This document shows, piece after piece, positions 42,600 through 55,047 of a DNA stretch of 64,000 bases. Location: assembly GCA_000934665.2 (NCBI GenBank), contig KZ538054.1, positions 62,001 to 126,000 of the forward strand, read 5' to 3'. The stretch's first letter is position 1, and every line of letters starts with the position of its first letter. Under the pieces are notes generated by a model. That model worked only from the letters and a program-made list of their open reading frames with translations. It ran no database searches and was not told the origin of the DNA. The position numbers and the translations under genes are program-made. The stretch is from Catajapyx aquilonaris (lineage: Eukaryota).

Positions 42600-45500
42600 T
42601 TAGGCAGCGTCGGGTTCGCATCTCTCTGACATGAGCCCCAGGAGCTGCTCGAACTTGCCGTGCCTCTCTTCAGGGGTCACCTTGGCCCCTCGACTGCCCC
42701 ACAGGAACTTTAGCTGGAACTCTGACCGGAACGTGTCCAGGGCGAGATCATCTACTTGCACTCCCTCCAGGGCAATCTCTGCATTGCGACGGTACAACGA
42801 CAGGTGCTGACTGAACCTTCTCGCATGCTCCAGGTGGGTCAGAAGCAGCTGGAGGCCAAAGTCGGTGGAAGGGTGGTCCCAGGGGCAGAGGGAGGACGTG
42901 GCTCCGGTGCCGTTGCGCCCCGGGGCAGCACCGGCGATGCCCATCCCGATGCCTCCAGCTCTGGCCAGGTCCAGAGATTTTTCTATGAGCAGGAGGAAGG
43001 GTAGGAGGTGAGGAATGGTGGTGTTTGGTGCTTGAGGGTCTGTGCCATCTCTCATGGCCTTCATGGTTGGACGCAGCTTGGCTTCGAAGTTGTAGGCGCT
43101 CTCAGTGTAGCGCTGTCGTAAGACATGCCATGTTGATGACAGGCGTTGAACCTGCAGGTGAGATACAAATGGAAAAAATAGTGATAGTACCTATTGGTCG
43201 TGTCATAACATGGATGCTTTCATGCACGTCATGAGGTCGCATTGACTTTGAATTTACGTAAGTTCATTCCGCAGTCCGAGTTCGGGTGGCCACGATGTAC
43301 TTAGATGATTATAGCCTTGGTAAATCGTACATAGTGAATACGGCTGCAGTGCAACACGACGTGAAACATATTCAGAGACATTTTGATGTCTGAGAAGCAC
43401 AGTAAAGACAACCTGCTATTAAAATATACTCTGTAGTGTTATGGATTTTCTTGATAGGAAAGCATAGGTCTAATATTTACGTGGTTAACAAGTGGCCACC
43501 CGAACATAACCACAAGTAATTATTGTAGGTTTATAAGTTGCCATACACTATGTATAGCAGTATATGCCTGAAGTAGGTTCTCTAATGTAACCACATGTAA
43601 GTTCTGCCTCTTTGCTCAATAAATAGCATGACGTTTTTTTAAACGACTCTGTAAATTTTTTAAACTCAGTTGGGCATTTTTCCATCACGCGTCGCAGCAT
43701 CCTGAGCATCGCAGAACAAAGAACTCGTGAAATAAGCATTATAATCTTTTTAACGCGCGCAATCATAATTTTAAGGTAGGTCCACATTCATTGTGGCACA
43801 TATAGCGAGCTTGAGCCATAAAACAAGTCAAGCAAATTGACGACCCCTTTTATGCTCATATGACAGCATACGGTCTAGCAAAAAGAAAGGGAAGTACGCA
43901 ACGGAGTATACATAATTATCGCACTGTACTGTGCACACTGCACATGTGGCCACGGCAAAATGCCCGCGTGAATCTCTGGTCAGCCGGACCAAAAATGGCG
44001 GCTGGAAGGGCCCAACCTCCCCTCATCTACATGCTCTTCGCACCATCCCCCGCAGTTGTTCGAACTTGTTGCACGTGCACCTTGTTCATGTCGATCATGC
44101 TGTACAGCGGTAACCGCTGTACAGCATGATCGACGAGCGGTAAAGCGTAAAGGTGACGCCGTGACGGTGACGGGGTATGGTGATTATAGTGTGCTTTATA
44201 GTGACGGCCCGAATGACCGTCCGAATCGTGGCAGGAGTAGGAAGCGGAAGCGCAGGTGGACGCATGCTGGACACTAGGACACGACAACGGGGGAGGAAGA
44301 GGAGGAGGAGATGGCCGGACAGACGGAGGATCAGTCGTGAGTTTTGACTCGTTCTTGGGCAAATGTTCTTGGACCACTTCTTGGGAGAAGGGATTTAGAA
44401 TTCACTTAGTAGAAGTTAGGAATGAGAGACAAATTGACTGAACCATTGTGCAGGTAGGTTATTTGTAGCACACCCGTAACGTGTATGATAGCAACTGTCT
44501 TACCTGAGGCAAGCAGAGCCCCAGCATAAGCCCACAGAACCCGTAGAGGTTTCCCAAAGCAGTCTTGGTGTCAATGGCCACTTGGATCCATTTGTGCAGT
44601 AACTCGGCCCTCTCATTCTCGTTGGGGCAGGTCAGAATTGTGACAGCTACCAGCAGTTTGAGGCACTCAGTCCTTAGAAGAATAATTATTTTGTTTTATT
44701 CAAGTCGCTCTAGAACTAGGGCAGATTTAAGCTGATTTTGTTGACATGTAATCCTTATTATAACTGGATGAGACTACATAATATACAGTATATCATGACA
44801 TCTTCCCTATCCCGTGCAATAATCCTCTCACTTTATTACACTGAGCAGCAAGTTTCACATACACCATGTAACTCATGATGTCGATATGCACAGTTTGTTA
44901 CATTATTTTATACCCTTACCTCTCAATAAGATCAAGGCGTAGTTGGTGCCCATGAGGTAGTGTGCAGAACTCGATTCCTGAGGTAACACCTAGTCCAAAG
45001 TCACTTTCGCCGGTGCTCTTGAGCAGGTCCAGATCTGCTTTGGTAAGGTGGCAAGCCAGCACCCGAGACGCCGTGTCAGCCAGGATCAGCTGTGTAAGAG
45101 TCACATGTGTTATGTACCATACTGTATTATTTGGAAATGTGAACTTCAGGCCACATTGGCTCAGGACAATTTAATTGGTCGTAACATGCAAATCATTAAT
45201 TAAGGTGGTTGTGGGTTGGCGAAGAGGATACCTTGATTCCCTGTAGAGCAGTAGCATCCAGTGGCTTGTTCTCCAATGGAGGCAACAGCAAAGTCTGAAA
45301 ATTCTCGAGATCAAATGATGACTGCGGGTCGAGGTTTGGCAAGATGAGCATGGCAGGCATGTCTTCGGCTGCAGAGTCATACTCCAGGGTGCCCCACCTG
45401 CCTCCCACCCCGCCTGCAGCTGCTGCCACAGCTCTCAGTGCAGGGTGAGGCTTCTTCAGCACCACTCCGACCCCCACTGCAGGTGCTGGGGCAGATCCTC

Positions 45501-48500
45501 CTCCTCCTCCCCCGCTTCCCCCGCTGCCACCACTTCCTCCTCCTTCTCCAGCTGCACCACTCTGGACTGAATCTCCAGACCCATTTCCTGAGTCACTGCC
45601 TCCTGAGAGTTGCTGGTTTGGTCGGGCTGCCGCTGGTGCGTCTGAGTTTTTGGCCACCCTGCTTGGCTTAGGTGGAGGATTGTCTGGTGTGTCTTCACCA
45701 GATGGAGTTTCCTGGGAAGAAACATTATTAAAAGTATTAAATAGCTGACATTGTGCAATGTAATGAGTCACATATGGCTGTAAATGACAATGGACAATGG
45801 ATGTCGTATAGAATATTTGAATATTTTAGTAAAATTTTAGATTAGGCCTAATGCAAACTTGCAATTACCACTGTAGGACATGTCCTTCCAGCATCAAATA
45901 AAATACAATCTTGAAAAGAGTTTGAACCGCTCTTGTACTGCAACATCAAGTGTAGATAATACATGGCATTACCAATATGGGACTACTGATCAATCACAAA
46001 TTTTCACAAATGAGATCCTCAAATACAAAAAAATGCGGAATTTGCTTTTTGCATGACAGGTTAAAATGTACAATATTCATTAATCAGAGCAAAATGAACC
46101 TTTAGACACACTCTTGATATATGTCGTGACAAAGTTACTGTAACTGATGCATCCGTATTACCTATCAAAATTCATCTGTGTCATCTTCATTGTTTTTCTG
46201 CTTTACAACATGATCGACAGTTCGACATACTAACTGACTAACTGATTCATGTGGTTATGTAAGTGGATTTGAAAATACTCCGGACGTCATTGCCCTGCCC
46301 AATAATTATTATTTCTCGTAGAGTTCTGAGAATTCACAACTGGCGTAAGTTTGATCCGAGGGGACACTCACTCTTGTGTGCTAGTGTAGGCCTACAGTAC
46401 ATTGCAAGCTGTAGGCACAAGATTACCTAGTAGAATGTGTCTTGTAAATACGGTACATTTAAAGTTCAGACTTACGTCACCAGAGTTGCAATTTCGAAGC
46501 AAGTGACAACAAAGGCAGCAAGGGTTTAATCCAAACTGGAACAAATTGGAATATGTGTGTACAGTACTGTACAGGGACACTGATATGCTGGTGAGTGAGT
46601 AGTCCCTTGGTTTGACCTCATAGGAAGAACGCAGTTCTTTTACCAACCTCTTCCTCTGCTCCAGCTGCTTCCAACCTCTTCCTCCCAGGACAAGGAGACA
46701 ATGTTGGATCGCTGGTGACACGCACCATTCTTCCTTGAGAAGGGGTTAGTTTGGACATCCCTGTTCGGGGCAGGGAATGCGTGGAGTACTTAGCGATGTC
46801 GTGAGGGGACCTAGGGACTGCAGATGTGTCCATGGTTGGCACTGCACTTGGACTGCTGTTAGGAGAGACAGGACCATCTGCACTGTTGCTCCTCCCTGAC
46901 GTGTTTGCCTGCAGGTCATGCGGCGGCACCGCTGGAGTGAGAGACTGGCTGCGGGTTTTGGCAGGCAGCCGCGGCGGGGGGCAGTCTGACCCTCGCTTGC
47001 CACATGGCGGCGAAGGAAGTGGGCTGCGGTAGGAGTTGTATGGCGAGTGACGAGGCCCAGTGCCCATGGTGCCTGGTAATAATTGGTAATTCAATAATAT
47101 TCGGCATTCATCACAGTGGAGTTCATAATATTATAGGTGTAGGTATATCTGAAGAGAATTAGTTTGGTGACCATGTCCCTTACCAGCTAGAGGACTTCCA
47201 CGTCCGCCTTGAGGAATGGCAGCAGCGACAGCTGCAGCAGCTGTTGGGGGTAGTCTGGGAGGTGGAAGTCCGTATTTGGCAGCGTAGAATGAAAGAGGAA
47301 AGACCCGGTTCCTTGGGGTGTGGATTCTTGCTCCAGATGCTGCGGACACTGGCTTGCCACTGCCCACGTAATAGGTGATGAGATCTGGGACTGCGTCAAA
47401 GGCGTCGTCCTCAAAGCGATACTGGACACGCTCGTATACAGTGTCAGGCTGAACCACAATCTGTCAGATGTTGATATAGGTGATTAATAATTTTGCCCTG
47501 TGCCAAATGCCTGAGTGCTAAGCAACCATCATCACTTCCAAGGTGAAGTAACCTTACGAAAAAAGAGAAAATACACATAGAGTGCCACCCGGTACTGATG
47601 GTTGCGTAGCTGTCAGGATACGGTTGGCCGAAATTTCTTGACAGGTAGCTACTACCTGCTACTGACTTGTGAGTAGGCAAATTGGTTTTACCTTGCTAAT
47701 GACGAAGTGAAGGTTCTGTCCTTTCCAACGGCAAGTGAGCACATAGTCGCCGGGTTGAGACAGGCAGTCACGCACCAGGAAGTCTCCGTCTTGAGCAAGG
47801 ACTTCCTCTGCCCTCTGCCGAGGAACAGCACCATGGTACCAGGCATGGGAACGAAGTTCCCTGCTGTCTTGAGCCAACTCCCATTCCAATGCACGTTTAA
47901 GTTGCTGGGTATCCATTCCCAAAGTTACTGGATCCATTCCATTTGCCTCCTAGAAAAAATATAGTTGGAGTAAACCACGTCTTCACTTTTATGAAAACAA
48001 AATTCTCCGTCAACTTGGATTGTAAACTTATGAAATATTTTTGGAAATTGTTTCAATAATTCAGATTTTTCCAGCCAGTACATGGCTCATTATTCTGATA
48101 ATTATTACCATCGTGAGATCACCTAGGCTGCGACTCTGCTGCTGGACTTCGTTCACATCAAAGAATTTGGCACTGCCGGAAGAAAGAAAAAAACCAATAG
48201 CATTACGTTTCTTATAAGAAAAGTCGATATTTCTCCGACGGAAGAGGGGAATGGACCATAATCTCCTATAGGGCGAAGGTGTGGGAAATATTGGAGGGCT
48301 TCCATAAATCACTGACAAGTATGAAAATATCTATAGGATAAGCTGGGAAGAGGCCGTGTGGTAGCTCACTTCTACAGTAATACAGGTCTCATAAAGTGGT
48401 TTTCTGAAGCGTGCAATATTGTGTAGCGATCAATTTCACTCTGGTATTATACATTGCGCCAAGAGGTTCATCAAAAATGGTCTGAGGATTCTAATTCTCG

Positions 48501-51500
48501 ACGTATAATTACATTCTATCTCGCTTTGGAACCTGAATGTGGCCTTGTTTTTAGAAACCGGGTCTTCTAGTTTTTTGTCGGATGGATGTCGACCGTTGCC
48601 TCTAGCGTATTCGCACGTGCATCGTTCTGGGGAGGCCATTAAGGGCAGAAGAAATTATCACTTGTACGGCAAAAGTGAGATCTGGCTGGCAGCAAAAATA
48701 TCTGCAGCTTGCACTTTGAACAGTAGAGTACAATGCGTGCGTGGCATGTGGTGATAAATATTTCTTAGCGAATGGCTTCAAGGGAAAACGCCAGTGCAGG
48801 AAGTTCGCAAATAGATGGTCGTATTTCTCCATTTGTTATCAAGGTCGATTATTGTGCATAGAACTGCCTCACACAGCTTAGAAAGTGTTTTCGCCAATTT
48901 ACCAGAGAAGGAAATATTAGTTACGAAATGGACTGATCGCGGCTTAGTTGCTGTGAATGATCCATTTTTTGGGGGACTATTCGGATAGTTTAAAAAATCC
49001 ACAATAATTAATTGGGGACTTTCTCGGTCAGGTTTCTCCATACTGGAACTTTCAAAGGGCATCAGACCTCCAACAAACTCTACATAACAATGAGCGCAGA
49101 CAATTACAGCTGAATTCACTCCGTGATGCCCTTGAAAAGTAATTATGCATTTTTTGTTCCTTAAAAACGGGCTCACATTTTCGGTCATCAGATATAGCCC
49201 CACCCTTTTCAAAAGGCCCATCGTTTTTTTATCGACTGATATCACATCTGTGGCAATAGAAAAAATAGCAAATAAAGTGCAGTCATATTGATCCTACTGG
49301 AGATTAGTCACTCTCTTGACGTCATAAAATCTGGGGAAATTTGACAAGTCGTGAAGGCATGCTATTATTTCACATTTAGAAGCCAGGCTCTCAAGCGATT
49401 ATAATTGCTGCGATAATGCAACTCTGTAACAAGGCATGGGTAAATTGTCCATTATATACCCTTGCAACTGACCCACCAATGACGAGATTGTATCAAAGGG
49501 AATCTGACCTTGGTCACTGAAAGGCTACCACGGTCAAGGGGTTAATTGTAGATACCAATTAAAACATAGGGCTACTGACTGACATAATACACGTACTTAG
49601 AAGTTTATACAAAATAATGACGCATCTTGCGCAAATTCATGTTTCGTGACTGATGAAAATACAGTCACTTGCTTATAATTCATGTGCTGTATTTGTTGGT
49701 TTGCTTTACAGAGTTCATACAATAATACACCACGGTTTTTGCACATTCCAAGACCTGGAAAATTATACGTTTGTTATGTGCGATGTTCCTAAAACAATTA
49801 ATGGCCTGCCAGATTACATTGACCTCGCAGACCATGTGCAATAAAAGGCGGAGACAATAAGATAGGAATGTGTCGTATCCATCGCTTCACCCGATTATGC
49901 AGATTTTTGTGACGTCACAGGATGGGTGCCGGCGAGGGTGGCCTGGGGTGGAGTTTTAGTGGAAGGGGGGCTGGAAAGGGGGGGAGGGGGGACCTTCGAA
50001 GGGAAAACAGCTCACATCCGGCCCAAATGTGGCAGGGGAATGCCCCACCACAGTCAGCCAGGGCTGAGAACACGACCCTGCATACAGGCAGACTTTTAAA
50101 AATATATAAACAAAAAGCAGTGGAATAACCCCATATTCTTAGCCACCCTTTGGAACACCCATCGGAATGGAAATGCATGCATGAGTAGGCTATCCTAAAA
50201 TTATCATAATGAGTGTGCAGGCATATTTTGAAGCTGAGATAATCTGGGGCAGCAACAGGGTTCGTACACCTACCACCACAGGGCACCTTAATTAGCATGC
50301 ACAATAAGGGTGGGGTTTCTTTTCTGATCTTCCCCTGTGATACTACCGACTCGTGCACATTGACCGCCATGCACAAACTCACTGGTTTCAGGTCCATTGT
50401 GCGGTTTAGTGTTTGGAAGACTGTGTGTTACTGGAGGATCGGTGGTTCTTCTCCAGCTCCAGCCGGTAACTCCAGAGAGCCCCGCGGGGTCGCTCACTTC
50501 TCTCGACATTGATCGGACTCAGATCGATCCAGACACTGGGGAAGCGCAGGCGCAATGTGTCACACCCACGCCCAACCCATGCGATACATGTGGCCCTTTT
50601 CGGATGGTGAAAAAACCGGTGAAATTGCCACCTGGTAGGTGGTTATTGTGGGAAAGTGGCAACATCGCCCATTCTCCGCCTCTCATCTTTTTTAACATCG
50701 CATCGGTGGTCACGCAGCTTCATCTTAGCGTCCCACGCTTGGTATTGCAGGACAGCCAGAATGATATAAAAAAAAGGTGGGGGTAGGGGATTGCTGTCGT
50801 GCAGCTTCACAATTTGTTAGGTAGACGTGCAAATGTTTTGGACTTGGGTAGGGCCCCCCAAGGTACCTGCCTAGCCGCCTTTTTTTCCGCAGAGCACATA
50901 TTTGCTGGCATAGCCGGCTCATCTCAATTGTCAATATTTACAGGCAGAAAGGGCGCCGGTTGGTAAACGAGGGGACAGACTGGTGGTACTTGGAGCGTAA
51001 TATCTCTCATTTATGGGGGTTGGATCCATTTAGTTATAAAATGGTCCTTGGCAACAAATCGTAACGACGTTAACAGTTTAATGTTGAGTATTAGGGTCTT
51101 AAAGCCTGGTGCTATTGTTTCAGTACTGATTTGAATGCGCGGCTATATGTGTAGGATATATTTATTTATCACTGCAGAATTACATTGTGGGGTTTGGAGG
51201 GTGTATTTTGTTCTGTTATTTTCTCATTAGCAGTGCCACAGGAGCGTGCTTTGCTGTTTAGCTTCTCGGTCAGTGTGGACGCTGTGCGGAATTAATCACT
51301 TTAATTTTGCATTCACAAACGAGGAGGGGAATTGCAGTCCGGAATACGAGATTTAGATCGGGAGCATTAAGCGAACATGTTACGGTAATTCGGATGAAAG
51401 AGCTGCAATCCTCGAGCCGCGTAACGATCTTTTACGGGCAGCCATAAAGCCCCCTAACACCATAAACGGAATCCAAAAGCCAGGGGGGGACCCCGCCTGC

Positions 51501-54500
51501 CTTAAATCTGATGTACGGCAATATCCGATAACACCTACTGGGGAGTGATATACTCACTTTCCTTGTCGGATCTCCTCCTTGAGCTTCTCAGCATCAACAG
51601 CAACGCTATGTCTCTGGTTCCCTCTGCCGCTCTTCAAACCAGCTGTCGGGCGGTGGCCGTATTAAAAAAAACCGGTATTAGTCATAGTTTTACAAGAAAG
51701 GGTCTGGCGATGGGGCTAACCTTTTTCATACTTGTGCCTAAGACGCACGAGGCTGGATGCCATCCTGGCCCTGTGAGCAGAGTTTTTGACCCCGATGTCT
51801 TTTAGCTGGGTTTCGGTCATGCTCAAGATGTCTTCGACTCCGGAGAACTGGCTGAAGATGGACTGGTACTGGTCCAGGTCCAGGTTCTGCAGCCAGGGGG
51901 CGATGTCCAAGTGCGGGGGAGCCCGAGGGTTGTCCGGATGCATCTTGGAGCGGAACGGCCAGATGGACCACAGGTGAAGGCTGGAGCTGAGGCCTGTGGG
52001 CAGCAGGGAGAGTGTTCCGGTGAGAGAAGCCAGAACCACAGGCTGTGTAGGAATAACCGAGGAGAATCTGGTAGAAGATGCCGGGACCTGGTCTGCCCGG
52101 CCCTCCGGAAACCGGATTGGTGCAGGTGCCTGGCCCGCAGGAAGGCCGTCGAGGACCGCCTCGACAGCTAGAGACACGTTGCCAATCCGGCTCCATCAGA
52201 GTTATGACACCCTGGAGCTCATCTGCTCGAATAATGGGCCAGTTCCAGGTGACACGCCCGTCATTGCCCTTATCAGATTTGGCAGAAGGAATAGGGTCTT
52301 GTAATAGGCCGCCTATTTGATACCGGAGCACGAGTGGCAGCTGCCTACTCCTTCCTGTCTCCTAGTCAATTGGTAGTATAAGTGGATCATCCACATCACC
52401 TTATGATTGCCAGTAAAGGAGTGGTCCACATTGTACTGCCTGGTAGGAGATGAGGTGGGGGTTGACGCCAGAGTGATGGACCATGACATTGGAGTTCGAC
52501 TAAGCGTGACGTAGGCTCAAAAGTTGTAATAAAATAACATGCAAAAACTGCGGAAAGTTTAATGAATATTCACTTTTTTGTGAGGTAAATTGTCAATCCA
52601 TATATGATATTCAGAAATATGGGACACCAAGCGTGAAGAAATCAGCGTAATAATCGAGAAGGATGAACTAATTCGTGAGAATGTAATTCCGCATTGTCTA
52701 ATCACTCTAATGTATATGGCAGAAAAAATTAAACCAAACCAAATGACAATAATTGCGTCATGTGTACGTACGGTCACGATGACTGTGTCCATTTTATGCA
52801 AGATCAGTTTTATTAAAGTGTTGACAATGGGCATGGCGTCATTGATGTTTAACCGGCTCGGAATGTCTTACGTACTGATGTACGACACAGGGTAACGCTC
52901 TCCGAAAATGTGCCTGAAAGTGGAGGTTCTATAGGTATATACCGCACTCGGTCATTTCCGGAGAGGGTTACCCTATGTCGTATATAAGTATACATAAGAC
53001 ACGGTAAGACATATGGATTTTAGAACCTCCACTTTTAGGCACATTTCCGGGGAACTTGGGTGCTGAAGGATATGTCGGGAAGGGTTATGACGGCTTTTAC
53101 GGTTTTACAGAATTAAGCAGCAAGAGATCTGGATTAAGTGTAGTAATAAGTAGGCATATACTGTATGTCCAGGCTATACACTGCTGATAATAATTATGTT
53201 GGATTATTATTAAGAGGAGGGGGGCTATAGGCAGCTGAGTTAATATTCTGCATATTTCGTACCGGCATGAATAGTGTCTCGCTGGAGCAACTGCGAATGG
53301 AATTTGTAAGACTTACGGACTGGTTGGAACCTGTATATACGGATAACTCTTCAGTGCGATGTGCGAATGTGCGAGAATAGACAGACTCGTTCTGTTCGTA
53401 ATCGCCGGTGTGGATGCGACTGTTCAACTGTAGAGTACGAATTGCCTGGCACCAGAAGTTGCACATGCAGGTGGCTTGTGTGCAGAAACTGCTTCTATTG
53501 GTCAAATACTACGAAATATGTTCGTTCACCGTCACTAGCTGCTCCCAGGAAATCATATGATTGGATATGACGCGAGGGGTGGGGATTGTGATTACAAAAA
53601 ATATCTTACGTAGCACTGCACTGGTGGGATCAATATACTTTACTAAATATACAGCATGTGATATACAGTACTGATGTGTAATGCACTTAACAATTTTATC
53701 ACTATATTCCATCCTATAATTCACATGGAAAAAGTTTCAGCGATATATTAATGAATATGGTATATGTGCAGCATGGGATGCGAATTACAGTCCATTTTAA
53801 TTCAATTTAATTTCTGTTATTCTTCTGAGGAATTGCGCATCAGCAGTCATACTAGTGTTGACTTAATGCCAACTGGTTGTTTACCACACCTGCTCACATT
53901 GTACTCACCGGTACTGACACTCATTGTCAGTATGAACACCTTTCGACAACCTCTATACCGAGGATGATATTCTGCATTTGAAACAAAAGAATACCGGTCT
54001 TGCGCGAATTTAATAACCACTTCTCGGGGGGAAGACCTTCTGCATGACAGCCAAACACTTTCGCTGCTGACCATGAACATTGCTAAAAGGAATTTGAACT
54101 GCATGTGACCATGAGGCCCTAATGACGATGACGTCGGGATTTAAACCATTGCCCTATCGGGTATTTCCTCGTGAGAAAATTACAGCCAATCGCTATCGTT
54201 GTTCAGAAATCAAGGCATGCTGGAAACAAGATTGTGTCGAAACACAGGAAACCAGGAAGAATATGAATAGTACTCAGTATTTTTTACTTAAGTTGTGGAA
54301 ATGGTAAAATTATCGAAATCTGCCTACGCAGTATCCCGTCGGCTTTCAGAATAAACTGCTCTATACAGTTGTTGTTTTTTTGGTGCAGATTTCTGTACCA
54401 GATTCACGAGTCTGTCGCCTGTGGTTTTAACGAACGTGAAAATAATACATTGACCTGACTGTGCGGGATCATATGTTGACACAATTACGCTGCACAAGCA

Positions 54501-55047
54501 CGACATATAGGCTACGGCGCGTTGCCGAATTGCCTCAAAGCTAATCTTCCGGGGTATTTGAAGTGTAGCAATTACTATATCATATCAGCAGGTAGTATCA
54601 TATTACTCGTATCAAGGTCGGAGGGAGTAGTCTATACTGCTGTGCCATGTTGCACGTTGCGACTTTTCCTTATTGCATATTACTGATATTTTAATCAGTT
54701 TTGTACAGTATAATCCTTATCATTATTGGCGCCAAATGGTTTGACCCGTGAACTTGTTTTGTAAATATTGCAGACATTCCTGCACCTTCCGAGTTATTTA
54801 ACACGATGATGTCAGACCTGTACTTGCCCACCTGCCCACCTGCTTAGTGTGCCGCCGCGTTACCCATACTTCAGAACAATAAAGACTGCAAAACTAATAT
54901 GCTGATTTCATCCAAGGTTGGCACGTTCTTGCGAATTATCAGCAAATGTGCACTAAACAATATCGGGTTTCTCGTGTCCCAGAAGCAAATGTGCAACTCA
55001 CTGCGTCTTAACCTTCCTCCTTTCATCTTGCTGGCTGTCTTGCCCAT
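42600..55047 (-). CDS. BCAR3/SH2D3 (NSP) family adaptor: SAM + SH2 + RasGEF-like domain
   Basis: Exons 55047-55002, 51993-51721, 51642-51558, 48172-48109, 47949-47692, 47460-47184, 47072-46648 (donor less certain), 45711-45232, 45089-44920, 44672-44504, 43151-42600. SAM: DIAPWLQNLDLDQY..LKDIGVKNSAHRARM. SH2: LRSHAWYHGAVPRQRAE..GDFLVRD..YVLT..HF. NSP GEF-like: TLPHGHQLRLDLIER, LGNLYGF, FQLKFLWGSRGA..ERHGKFEQLL. Confidence 0.92.
44090..44134. repeat. Perfect palindrome, 22-bp arms with 1-nt spacer
   Basis: GTCGATCATGCTGTACAGCGGT-A-ACCGCTGTACAGCATGATCGAC. Confidence 0.95.
52866..53050. repeat. Two interlocking imperfect inverted repeats
   Basis: 52866-52910 pairs with 52953-52999; 52902-52931 pairs with 53021-53050. 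Confidence 0.75.

Noticed and set aside
48061..48318. Alternative first exon for the BCAR3-like gene
   Set aside because: The ORF begins at TTG and includes the polypyrimidine tract of the 48172 acceptor; only 48172-48109 is supported.
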